DNA of 64,000 nucleotides from Octopus sinensis (Eukaryota): positions 18,352,001 through 18,416,000 of the forward strand of contig NC_043010.1 of assembly GCF_006345805.1 (NCBI RefSeq), in the 5' to 3' direction. Position 1 is the first letter of the stretch. Every line of letters starts with the position of its first letter. The notes beneath the pieces are model-generated. The model was not told the DNA's origin. It ran no database searches and saw only the letters and a program-made list of their open reading frames with translations. Below, piece after piece: positions 27,065-39,337 of this stretch. Both the position numbers and the translations under genes were made by a program.

Positions 27065-27226
27065 GACGGGCTTCTTTCAGTTTCCGTCTACCAAATCCAC
27101 TCACAAGGCTTTGGTTGGCCCGAGGCTATAGTAGAAGACACACTTGCCCAAGGTGCCACGCAGTGGGACTGAACCCGGAACCATGTGGTTCGTAAGCAAA
27201 CTACTTACCACACAGCCACTCCTGCA
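26925..27226 (-). mobile_element. SINE family A, 5' two-thirds with long internal (TA)n
   Basis: TACGACGGGCTTCTTTCAGTTTCCGTCTACCAAATCC...GGGACTGAACCCGGAACCATGTGG...TTACCACACAGCCACTCCTGC. Confidence 0.9.
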
Positions 27227-27227
27227 C

Positions 27228-27480
27228 ATGTGAACATGCTCACAAAATCAGAAAACAACACTGCACCCATGACTTTCGAAAAAGTTTTTCACGTTCAGAA
27301 TTGCTGAAGCATGGAATAAACTACCCGCATCAGTTGTTAGCTGTCGAGACACTCCATCTTCTAGACTTCCATGCTTCCTGAAATCTGCCAACAGTACACT
27401 GTATACAACAATTTCTTTCCTACATCAGATGAACCTGTTGAGCTGTTGCCTGGGGAAGTTGATAATGCCTAAATAGTAGT
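27228..27480 (+). mobile_element. 3' end of a CR1/L2-type LINE
   Basis: Hand translation HAHKIRKQHCTHDFR then, across a frameshift, FFTFRIAEAWNKLPASVVSCRDT, resembling the FFxxRVxxxWNxLP C-terminal motif of CR1/L2 ORF2. Confidence 0.75.
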
Positions 27481-30032
27481 CTATATAATGACTGGAAAAG
27501 CTTCGTGGGATGGGTCCCGTTATGAGGAAAAGGCCCTGTTATGATGAAAAGGGTACTAATCTAGGAATTTGCGAGATGTCGTGCAGTAATTTTTTCGACT
27601 TTTTGCGTTGCAACAGCACCACTGACATCACTACTACTTATGTCTGCCATTCCGAAAGCGGTGGAGTTTCCTTGGACAACATCAGTGGCACAGAGAGAGG
27701 AGATCTGCTTGCGGAACATCTGTCAGCCTTTCTCACAAAAAAGTACGGAGGCTACAGATAGGGATAAGGAGTTGACCGTACGTGACGGAGGCCCTTGTTT
27801 GTGGGTGCGCGCGCGTGTTTGTGTTGTATCCTTTATGAATATTCTCAAATTATAGTTGTTGTAGACAAATTGATCTGATCAAGTTGAAATCATTTCCTGA
27901 TTCCGCTTCTTCCCTAGAACTAATTTGTTCCAGATCCCTTATAAATACTCCGCAGAAACTCACGAATTTTAAAATATATTTCGTTTCCCTTAAAAATTTT
28001 AAGGACCACGTTGCGTTAGGTGCTACCCTTCAAATATTCTGGTTACCAAACTCAGCTCACAAAAATCCTGAAACGCCTTAACAAGGGTGGACTCGTTGAT
28101 TTCTCCTGGTTCAAGTTGACATTCAATGTCCAGTTGGTCAGCGACATTACTCATAAACACAAGAGTTTCGTTACGCATCGGTTGAGTGAGGTGGATAGAA
28201 AGGTTACTCATTTACCAGGAGGTCAGAAGTACTTGAATTAACTGAGCTGGACATTGTCCCCCAATGACCAAGTGATCATAGAGACACCAAACTGGCTCAA
28301 ACGGATATGTATTGACCAAGTGGTCAGAGAAATATTGCAATTTATAAATGGACGCGCAATGGCCTTCAAAGCCAAGCGGTCAGCAGAAGATACACTTACT
28401 TAAGTAGCCACTGTCCCGGTCAGTGGGACACGAGTGGACACTCAGTTGGCAAGTGTAGCAGAATAAAGGTCACTCTTTCCAATTATTGGTTTGTAAAGGA
28501 ACGGACGGCGGTCAGCAACACTTGCACGTGTGGAGGCCTTTTTTGCATGTCAAACATTGCCACCTTGCAACCAGCATCTCCACCACCATCATCATGTGCA
28601 TTGCTATAATCACAATCATCATCGCCACCACCATCATCCTCATAACCATTAACACTTCTATCCTTCCAGCCTCCACCATAAAACCCCTCCCCCATTATTA
28701 TTATTACCACCGCGCCTTAGCCGCCATCACCAATGCAACCACAAGCACCACCATCTCCACCAATAATTTTAACACCACCACAGCTACAATTACTAAAACT
28801 AAGGAACGCCCCCCCACCCCCACTGCCTATCCTCGCCTCCATTCTCACCACCCCCATCGCCACCCCCACTGCCTACCCTCGCCTCCATTCTCACCACCAC
28901 CACCACCACCACTATAACTACCGTAACCACTAGTGTCATCAACACCACCACCACCACCACTTCCCTCTTACCACCACCATCAGCACCATCCACCTCATGG
29001 CCACCCACCCAAACTTCCACACTCCTCAGCCTTCAAAGAAAGCTGGTAGAATCTACAGAAGAAGTTCTTATTGCCCGTGGGGCCGCAATCACACACACAC
29101 ACACATACGCTAGTCTTACACAACCAACTACAATGGCCATCACATAAGCACACACATACACAACATGCACACACACACATGTACACCAACACACACTAGT
29201 CTTACACAACTTACTGCGATGGCTGCTGCTAAACACATACATACACCCTTACATATTACACACGCACACACATACACACTTATACATACGCAAACAACAA
29301 TAGCCACTACACACACATAAACCAACAACAATAGCTGCCACACACACGCACACACATAAACTCACGCCCGCACGCACATACATTCACGCACGCACACACA
29401 ACAATGGCTGCCACACGCACACTCACACACACACACACAAACAATGGATGTCAAACACACACACGCACACTCACGCACACACACATACACTCACGCACAT
29501 ACACTCACGCACGCACTCACCACAATGGCTGCCACACACACACACGCACACTCACGCACACACACATACACACGCACACACAACCCAACAACAATGGCTG
29601 CCGCACACGTGTTCAGGCGAATGCTTCTCCTCGTTGTTCGACTTCAATATTTTTGTTTTCAAGTGAAGCAGGTCACTGCATGTTGTTGTTGTTGTTGGTA
29701 TTGTCGTCGTTGTTGTTGTTCTTCTCCTTTTACTATTGTTGTTGATAGTGCTGTTATTGTAATTGTCCATATTGTTGCTTGTGTCTGTTGCCATTTTTGT
29801 TGCTGTTATTGTTGTTGTAGTGGTGGCGGTGGTGAAGGCGGCGGCGGCGGCGGCGGTGGCAGCGGCGGTGGTGGTGGTTGTTACTGCTGTTGTTGTTGTT
29901 GTTGTTGTTGTTGTTGCCATTGTCGTTATGTATTTACCAACAATGAGGAACATGAAAACAATGTTTATTTTCTCTTATAACAGTAAGACTTTTACACGTG
30001 TTTAATGCGTGTGAATTCATGTATATGTATAT

Positions 30033-30432
30033 ATTTCTTTACTACCCACAAGGGGCTAAACATAGAGGGGACAAACAAGGACAGACAAGGGGATTAAATC
30101 GATTACAGCGACCCCAGTGCGAAACTGGTACTTAATTTATCGACCCCGAAAGGATGAAAGGCAAAGTCGACTTCGGCGGAATTTGAACTCAGAACGTAAC
30201 GACAGACGAAATACCTATTTCTTTACTACCCACAAGGGGCTAAACACAGAGTGGACAAACAAAGACAGACAAAGGGATTTAGTCGGTTACATCGACCCCA
30301 GTGCGTAACTGGTACTTAATTTATCGACCCCGAAAGGATGAAAGGCAAAGTCGACCTTGGCGGAATTTGAACTCAGAACGTAACGACAGACGAAATACCG
30401 CTAAGCATTTCATCCGGCGCGCTAACGTGTCT
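30033..30432 (-). mobile_element. SINE family B, tandem units
   Basis: Two near-identical units (TTTCTTTACTACCCACAAGGGGCTAAAC...GAACTCAGAACGTAACGACAGACGAAATACC). Confidence 0.9.
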
Positions 30433-31080
30433 GCTAGTATATATGCTTGCTGCGCGCGTGTATGTCTATATATAAATGTGCTTGCTGCGAGTTTGTGTGT
30501 GTGTCGAGGTTTCACGTGGTCTATGTAAGTGTATTTTCTTTTTCAATATCTTGTCAATCTATAATTGATTGAGTATTGATCCCTAGAAACCCGTCGATGT
30601 ATCACACTAAATTCAGTTCGAGACGTCGAGTTGGCTGAATGGTCAGCAACCCAGGACAAAATACTTAACGACATTTCTACCAATTTTACGTTCTGAGTTC
30701 AAATTCTGCTGAAGCCGACTATGCCTTTTATCATTTCGGGATCGATGAAATAAGTACCAGTTACGAACTGGCTCGACTAGCCCCCCTCCCACCCCAAAGT
30801 TTCCGGCCCATTTACGCACAACAGATTAGACGTTTGACAAAAAATTCCTAACATCGGGCTACAACGAGTAACCTCAGCTGTCAAGAACCTTCCTAAGTAT
30901 CCTGGCTCTCCGTAATAAAACTGGTTTCTGGAGCTTCACTATGTTAAGTTTTGTGGTTGTTTCCTGTTTTTCAAATTTTCCGAGATAGTTCCCAATGCAC
31001 CAATAACTACAGGGATGCATTTTACCCGCACTTAAATTTTATCTCTGTAAATTAATGGCAATTATTATTATAGTTATATT

Positions 31081-31313
31081 AAGGCGGCGAGCTGGCAGAA
31101 ACGTTAGCATGCCGGGCGAAATGCTTAGCGGTATTTCGTCTGCGTTACGGTTGTGAGTTCAAATTCCGCCGAGGTCGACTTTGCCTTTCATCCTTTCGGG
31201 GTCGATAAATTAAGTACCAGTTACGCACTGGAGTCGATGTAATCGACTTAATACCTATGTCTGTCCTTGTTTGTCCCCTCTGTGTTTAGCCCCTTTGGGT
31301 AATAAAGAAATAG

Positions 31314-31318
<5 letters not shown>
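31081..31318 (+). mobile_element. SINE family B, left unit followed by (TTA)n
   Basis: Near-consensus head to GGGTAATAAAGAAATAGG. Confidence 0.9.
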
Positions 31319-31360
<42 letters not shown>

Positions 31361-31690
31361 GAGCGAGAGAGCAGTGCCCGCCATCAAAGTGACACTGGGG
31401 TAAAATATACGAAGCCCAGTATACCCATCATGACTAACCGTCTGATAAGGGTATATACCAGGCACATGCATCACGACCATATGTGTGTGACATGGTGAAC
31501 TCATGTCAAGATAAACAACGCATGACCTTGCAGGTGGGACCCAGTTAGAATTTTCTTCGGGTTGAGTAGCCCATTCCGCTCAAAAGAGGTCTCTGAATAA
31601 GGGTTGTTTAAGGATGTTGAACGAAACACTCATGTTTCCAGAGGTGAATTATCCAAACCTCAAAGAGTTTATTTCAGATATTCTCATTTT
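31361..31690 (-). mobile_element. Family D element copy abutting (TTA)n
   Basis: GAGCGAGAGAGCAGT...CCATCAAAGTGACAC...ATACCCATCATGACTA...CCCAGTTAGAATTTTCTTC is the reverse complement of 63200-63511. Confidence 0.75.
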
Positions 31691-31778
31691 AAAAATCATC
31701 TCTGGCTAATCGTTGAGAGGACGCTGCTGTTGTCTTGGTGGGGATTTGCGCTCTCTGAGTGCTCTAGTTTACTTTGTT

Positions 31779-31814
<36 letters not shown>

Positions 31815-31923
31815 GAGTGAGCGAGTAGTGCATGCCATCAAAGTGACACTGGGGTACAAGTATACGAAGTTCAATAAACCCATCATGACTACCCGTCACA
31901 ATACACCCAGGCACATGCATCAC
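31815..31923 (-). mobile_element. Short family D copy abutting (TTA)n
   Basis: Same terminus (GAGTGAGCGAGTAGT...CCATCAAAGTGACACTGGGGTA); internal deletion; ends where a SINE begins. Confidence 0.7.
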
Positions 31924-32305
31924 AGGTGAGCTGGCAGAACCGTTAGCACGCCGGGCGAAATGCTTAGCGGTATTTCGTCTGCCTTTATGTTCTGAGTTCA
32001 AATTCCGCCGAGGTCGACTTTGCCTTTCATCCATTCGGGGTCGATTGAATAAGTACAAGTTACGCACTGGGGTCGATATAATCGACTTAATCCCTTTGTC
32101 TGTCCTTGTTTGTCCTCTCTGTGTTTAGCCCCTTGTGGGTAGTAAAGAAATAGGTATTTCGTCTGTCTTTACGTCCTGAGTTCAAATTCCGCAAAGGCCG
32201 ACTTTACCTTTCATCCTTTCGGGGTCGATAAATTAAGTACCAGTTGCGTACTAGGGCCTCCTCCCCCAAAATGTCGGGCGTTCTGCCTATAGTAGAAAAG
32301 ATTAT
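31924..32305 (+). mobile_element. SINE family B, two-unit form
   Basis: Left unit plus right unit ending GCCTATAGTAGAAAAGATTATT. Confidence 0.88.
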
Positions 32306-32898
32306 TATCATTATTGGTTCCGCTCTATTTGGTAGGGAGAAAAAGCAAGGGTCACTTGTCAGGGACGTCAATGATGATGTCGATTCGTGCCTAACAGTCA
32401 CCTTTGAGATGCAATAGGGGTGGAGTAAACGCAGTTGTTACACTTGGTGCCATGTTGTGTGGTGGAATCACTCTAGCCATAAAATTCATGACCCACAAGA
32501 CTAGAGAACAGAGTCAAAACTGTGACCTCTGCTGAGATAAGATGCATATTTCATGGATGAGGACCAAATTGAAACGAGGTGGAACTAACTCTCAATCTGA
32601 ACAAGCTAGAATTCACAGTTCTTCGCAAGAGTGACAAGTTCCAATGGAGCGATTCTACAATGTATGCAAAGAATATGCAAATTGAAAACGGATCGAGAAG
32701 GAAATGAAAAATTGGATTTAAATTGTAGACTTTATGAAGTTCTGTATTTCACTCATCCAGTACAAGTACAACATCGATTATCCGAAACCTTTCCGGATTA
32801 CAGACTTTTCCGAACTAGGATATCACCATGGTCAACACACTCTTAATTAAATATTCAATAAAATTATATAATTAAATGAAATACAGGTACCTGTATAT

Positions 32899-33314
32899 TT
32901 ATCTTTTATTCTTTTACTTGTTTCAGTCATTTGATAGTGGCCATGCTGGAGCAATACATCGAAGGGTTTTTTAGTCGAATGAATCGAGCCCAGAGCTGTT
33001 ATCTTTTGTTTTCTTTTAAAGCTTGGTACTTATTCTATCAGTCTGTTTTGCCGAATCGCTAAGTTACTGGGGCGTTAACCCACCAACACCGTTTGACAAA
33101 TGGTGATAGGAGACAAACACACATGCATATATGTGTGTGCGTATGTGTATATGACGGGTTTCTTTCAGTTTCCATCTACCAAATCCACCCACAAGGCTTT
33201 GGTCGGCCCAAGGCTATAGTAGAAGGCACTTGCCCAAGTTGCCACATAGTGGGACTGAACCCGGAACCATGTGGTTGGGAAGCAAGCGTCTTACCACACA
33301 GCCACACACGCACC
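32899..33314 (-). mobile_element. SINE family A, full length
   Basis: Same head, body and tail motifs as the other copies. Confidence 0.88.
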
Positions 33315-33596
33315 TTTGTGTAACTGATGTGAATGTATTACTCCTGTGCTGCGCAAGATGTTTTAGTCCAGGCAAACTATCAGCAAACCAGTCTGGCGGC
33401 CACAAGAGTTTGAAGTTCCTGTTTGTGAATTGGTGCGGAAAAGGTTCGGGACGATGAATGTGTGGGACGTGGGTTGTATCTGTATATCACAAGAACTCAC
33501 GGAAGAGGTTGAAATCACCAGCTATGAACATGTATTGGAAGATAGCACAGGGGCAGCGTGAATGGAGCAGGCCCTGACCAACACACGAGGAAGTTT

Positions 33597-33990
33597 TAAA
33601 GGAGTGGCTGTGTAGTAAGAAGTTTGCTTCCCAAGCACACGGTTCAGGGTTCAGTCCCACTGCGTGGCACCTTGCCACTTTGGGCTGACCACTGCATGAC
33701 ACGTGGCACTTTGGGCTGACCAGAGCCTTGTAAGTGGATTTAGTAGACGGAAACTGAAAGAAGCCCGTCATTTACATGCATGCATGCGTGTGTGTGTGTG
33801 TTTGTCCCCTTTCACTGCCGCTTGATAACCAGTGCTGGTGTGTTTACGTCCCCCGTATTGTAGCGGTTCGGCAAAAGAGACCGTTTAAGTAAGTACTGGG
33901 GGTCGATATATGCGGCTATACATTCTTCAAGGCGGTGCCCCAGCATGGTCACAGTCTAATGACTGAAACAAGAAAAGGATAAAAGCTAAA
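33597..33990 (+). mobile_element. SINE family A, full length, with small internal duplication
   Basis: GGAGTGGCTGTGTAGTAAG head; CACTTTGGGCTGACCA duplicated; tail GGTGCCCCAGCATGGTCACAGTCTAATGACTGAAACAAG. Confidence 0.87.
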
Positions 33991-35138
33991 TATCACATAT
34001 TACACGATATTTTTTTAAGATATCGAGGTTCAATTATTGTTTCGTTTATAATATTTTTTTCTTATTCATTTCCGGCTAAATTTTCCGATCGTCCAATTAC
34101 ATATGCTATGATATCATCACCATTCTCGTTTCACACCTGACTATAAGTGACCACTTGACCTGCTAGAAACAGCAGATGATTCACCTCAAATCACGTCCTA
34201 CTGTTTTACAAAAGGACACTTTGAACACCGTATTCCCTGGTGATCACAACTGATCTGTGTTTGGTTATGGGCTGTTCAGAAACCAGTGATGAGCTGGAAT
34301 TAAATCAACAACGATATACTTTTTATGTCCTATGTTAACAAAGCAAGAGTGTCTTTATGTGGGTGGTTCGTTATGCTAGATATAATAGCCAAGATTCCCC
34401 AAAGCATAAATTTCACATTAAATAAAGACACATTACGATATACTAAGTCTGGGGAAAAACACAGAAGGGTGCAGTTGGAAGGTTTTTCATCGTCTGCTGG
34501 TTCTCATGTGGTGTGAGGACTTAGGGCTAAATCACGGCATTAACAACAACAACAACAATAATAAGTACAGCCATAACAGCAATAAAAACAGCGACAATAA
34601 GCACAGCTCTAGCATCAATAACAACAACAACAACAACAAAAACAGCGATGATGACAAGAATAACAACGTCTATCACAAGAAATGTAATGGCACTGCAGAA
34701 ATAGATGGTGGTGGTGGTGGCGGTGGCGGTGGCGATGATCGAGAAGAAGAAGAAGAAGAAGAAGAAGAAGAAGAAGAAGAAGAAGAGATGAGGTGGGGCC
34801 GGGATAATGATGGGGAAAACTCAGTAAGAAAGAAAACAAGCAACAATAGAAAACACATTATCAGCGACAACTTCAACAACAACAACAACAACAATAGTAA
34901 AGATAATAAAAAAAGTTTCTATCATTGCACTCCTCTAAAAAAAAACAGAAAAGACTCACAGCCAGTAAAACTTATCACGGCAAACTGTCATCTACAACTT
35001 TTCTGTGGCTTCCATCTTAAGTCACATGACCTGTCGTTGTTATCATATGACAGCAGTTATAAGATGGTAGCACACACTTAGCGTTGCCTTTTAATATCAC
35101 ACACTGCTAAAGTATGTGTATGAGTGTGCCGGCGCGCA

Positions 35139-35190
<52 letters not shown>

Positions 35191-35920
35191 TATCATATAT
35201 ACATATGTGCGTGCATATATATATATACATATATGTGTGTGTGTGTGTGTGTATGTGCGTGTCAATGCATATGCACACACATAAGTGTGTATATATATAT
35301 GTATATGTATATGTGGGCATATGCACATATAAGTATACATGCGCACAACCACATATTTGTGCGCGCGCGTGTATGTGCGTATACGTGTTTGTATATGAGA
35401 GAAGTGTGTAATCGTACGTGTGGGGCATGTATGGATGTTTTTTATGTTCATTTATGTGCGTTTGTGCATTTGTACAACACATCGAATGGTTACGCTCATG
35501 AATGCATTTCTGAAAGGCATAACATGGAATACGCAAGAAAACCCGTGTGTCTTAATATGTCGACACACGTGTGTATACCATTGAGTTATAAAGTGTATGA
35601 GTCTATCTGTATGCGTATGTCTGTGGTGTAACTGTATGTATGTATGTATGTATGTATATGTATGTATGTATGTATGTATGCATGCATGTATGTATGTATG
35701 TATGCATGCATGTATGTATGTATGCATGCATGTATGTATGCATGTATGTATGTATGTATGCATGCATGTATGTATGTATGTATGTATGTATGAATGTATG
35801 TATGTATTAGGATTATATGTTTGTTAGAGTATATACACTATACATATATGTCTATCCTTGCAATATATAGGTATAGATATGTGCTCGTATATGCAGGCGA
35901 TAATATATATTATATGAGTG

Positions 35921-35974
<54 letters not shown>

Positions 35975-35990
35975 ATACATATATATATAT

Positions 35991-36021
<31 letters not shown>

Positions 36022-36120
36022 TGATAAAAACGGTAAGACAACAAAAGAAAGAAAGGGACCTCGATATTATGTAAATAGAGGAATTTATTTGTAAATGTAA
36101 TATGTGACAATTATTCGGTA

Positions 36121-36190
36121 GCCATGATAAAACTCCGAGTTTCGGATGCCGTGGTGGAAATCCACGCCGCCATCTCTTTAGTTATCTGGC
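36121..36190 (-). ncRNA. Degenerate hammerhead motif related to the 12015 copy
   Basis: Minus strand: GATAA-CTAAAGA-(helix II region)-GAA-ACTC-G-GAGT-T^TTATC; flank shares GACCTCGATATTA(G/T)GTAAATAGAG with 11950. Core G5 is mutated. Confidence 0.45.
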
Positions 36191-36217
36191 CATCGGAAAG
36201 TCACATATTACATTTAC

Positions 36218-36255
<38 letters not shown>

Positions 36256-36411
36256 ATAATATAATATATATATATATACTAATGTACGAAAATAAGTACA
36301 AAAGGTGTGGAACATAGTGCTCGAATACCAAAGGTAGAGTATTACTATTTTATTAAAACTGAAAAAAGGTCAAAGTTTCACAAGACCGTTCATCAGACAG
36401 CTGTGATAATA

Positions 36412-36540
36412 CACAAATCCACTTTGGTCGGCCTCAAGCTATAGCTGAAGACACTTTCCCAAGGTGCCACGCAGTGGGACTGAACTCGGAACAATATGGT
36501 TGTGAAGCAGACTACATACCACACAGCCACGCCTGCACCT
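36412..36540 (-). mobile_element. SINE family A, 5' part
   Basis: CCCAAGGTGCCACGCAGTGGGACTGAACTCGG...TACCACACAGCCACGCCTGC. Confidence 0.85.
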
Positions 36541-37204
36541 GTATGTCTACTCCGTAGGATTTTGTTTACTAAATATAACTCCCACCCAAATAAATGCGCA
36601 ACTACATCTTCATCTAAAATCATTCATTTCCACATTTCGCATTCTTCACAAAGGACAACCGAAACGTTTCTTTCCCAGTTCCAGACTTCTATAATTCCAC
36701 GTTTTCCATTATCGACTCTAAACCTAAACACTGTCGTCTTTGTACACTCATCATTTTTAACCCCCACGCCCTACAGAGTCACGTTTCCAATTTTATCCTC
36801 TTTTCCGTTTTCCCCCTGGATCACACTTGAGCACCCCTATATTCCTTATGTCACAAACCCACAAAATCAAATTTACTCAGATTTAGATTGCTTGTTTCAA
36901 AATTTCGCCAAAGTGAAACTTCTACACTGTTGCATTTTCTCAATGCACCCATCAGATCGATGCCAAACTTGCATCCTTCCACATCACCCCCACCCCCCAT
37001 TGCTACATTTCCACAACGTTATCCTTCCATACGGTCAATGTTTGCGCAATAATTCCACATCGCTTCAGTGTCGTGTTTGCATAACATTGGTTGCTAATGT
37101 AGGCGCAATGTGCATAATGTTACAATACTACATTCCTGTCTGGAGCCCTAGCACTTTAAGGGCTGATTTCCTTGTTTCCGTGGCGTTTAAATGACCAAGA
37201 TCAA

Positions 37205-37370
37205 AACATTCCTCTTGGATGGGACGACAGTCCTTACACGCATACAACTGAGTTGATTTATACAACTTGAAATGAAGCGTTTTACTAAGAACACAATGCA
37301 TCGACCAGTCCAGGAATCGAAACCGCGATGTTGTGATCGTAAATGCAACATCGTAACTACTCGACCATGA
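37205..37370 (-). mobile_element. SINE family C, diverged
   Basis: TTTTACTAAGAACACAATGCA...CCAGGAATCGAAACCGCGATG. Confidence 0.68.
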
Positions 37371-38240
37371 AATTACATTTCCACTGTTGAACCTGTCCCT
37401 TCTTCAAGCGTCGCTGCTTTCCCCCAAAAAAACTAAGCACTGGCAAACTTCCACGGAGCGCAATATTTCCAAAATGTCATATCACAAAACCCATATTCCA
37501 TAGTTCCGCATTTCCCAAATTCACACTTACTTAGTAAACTACAACCCCCCACCCTCTACACATACACACACACACCACCACCACCACCACCCCGCTGATG
37601 TCAAAATCTTTGCATTTCAAACTCCATCACGTCACTTTTTTTCTTTTTCTGATTTATCTACATTCGACGCCATTTTAGCTGTTACATTTGCAACCGTTGA
37701 TGATGGCGAAGGACTGGTAGTTATTACTGCCAGATTTTGTTGAGGGTCTTGTAGTTGTTCTTCTTCTTTTTCTTCTTCTTGCTATTGCTGCTGTTCTTCA
37801 ACGAAACATTTAAAAAGGAACATGAACAACAAAACTGTTATATCTTTGTCTTGGCTTCCAAAATAGTTTGCCATTTTAGGTTGTCTGTGTGTCTTTTGAT
37901 TATACTCACTCATACACACACACCTATATACATACATATGCATGTATGTATATATATACACTTATGCATGTATGTGTATATAGATATATGTATATATATA
38001 TACATATCTATATCATATATCTATATATCTATATACATATTTACATGCACACGTATACATATATATATGTACACACATATATCAATATACACATATATAC
38101 ATGCATACACACACACATATATATATATGTACACACATATATCTATATAACACACACAGATATATATATAAAATATATATATATATATTATATATATAAT
38201 ATATTATACATACATATATGAACATACGTATATTTGTGTG

Positions 38241-38298
<58 letters not shown>

Positions 38299-38508
38299 TG
38301 TGTGTGTATCATCTGTTGATTACAACAAGAGAAACCCGACACGGTTAATCTCCAAAACTCTTCATTTCACGGAATTCCTTCTCAAAAAAACTTTATTCCA
38401 ACTTTTCGCAATTACGTCATTGAAATCACATTACTACATATACACACACATACAACATGTGTCTGTATGTGTTATCTACGTGTGTATGTGATTGTGTGTA
38501 TGCACACA

Positions 38509-38545
<37 letters not shown>

Positions 38546-38863
38546 GATATATATATTTAAATATATATATATTTATACACATCCACACAGTCATTGATGT
38601 GTGCGTACAGATGTGCATGCGTGTATTGCACACGTATGTACATTCATATGCATACACACACACACACTCACACACACACACACACACACGACCATAGGCA
38701 CATACACCTGTATGTCTGTGTGTTCGATCAATCGAATTAACTTTCCTCTCATACATGAATTGGCTTCTCTACACTCCAGACATTTCTATCCTGTACATGT
38801 GTGTGTGTGCGTGTACGTGTGCGCGCGTGTGTGTGTGAGTGTGTGTGTGCGTGCGTGTATGCG

Positions 38864-38894
<31 letters not shown>

Positions 38895-38944
38895 CTGTGT
38901 GTCTTTGTGTGTGTGAAGTAAACGATCTTCTTACAGAAGTGTTT

Positions 38945-39337
38945 ATCCTTTATTCTCTTATTCTTTTTACTTGTTTCAGTCATTTGACTGCGGTCATGCT
39001 GGAGCACCACCTTAAATTTTTTTTAGTCGAAGAAACCGATACCAGGACATATCCTTTGTAAGCCTAGTACTTATTCTATCGTTCTCTTTTGCCGAACTGC
39101 TAAGTTACGGGAACGTAAACACACCAGTATCGGTTGTCAAGCGATGGTGTTTTGGAGCACAAACACAGACATACACACATACATATTTTACGACAGGCTT
39201 CTTTCAGTTTCCGTCTGGCAAATCCATTCCCAACTTCGGTCGGCCCAAGGCTATACGTAAAATACACTTTCCAAGGTACCATGCAATGGGAGTGAACTCA
39301 GAACCGTGTGGTTGGGAAGCAAGCTTCTTGCCACACA
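38945..39337 (-). mobile_element. SINE family A, full length
   Basis: Tail TTTTACTTGTTTCAGTCATTTGACTGCGGTCATGCTGG to head GGTTGGGAAGCAAGCTTCTTGCCACAC. Confidence 0.87.

Noticed and set aside
33420-33600. Possible RTE endonuclease start (FGTMNVW)
   Set aside because: A single short motif with no supporting downstream sequence.
34506-35081. 191-aa ORF with poly-N, poly-G and poly-E runs
   Set aside because: Composed of AAC, GGT and GAA triplet repeats; no recognisable domain or splice context.
36496-37194. 232-aa ORF
   Set aside because: Starts inside a SINE, has no recognisable motif, and its composition is not protein-like; probably a chance open frame.
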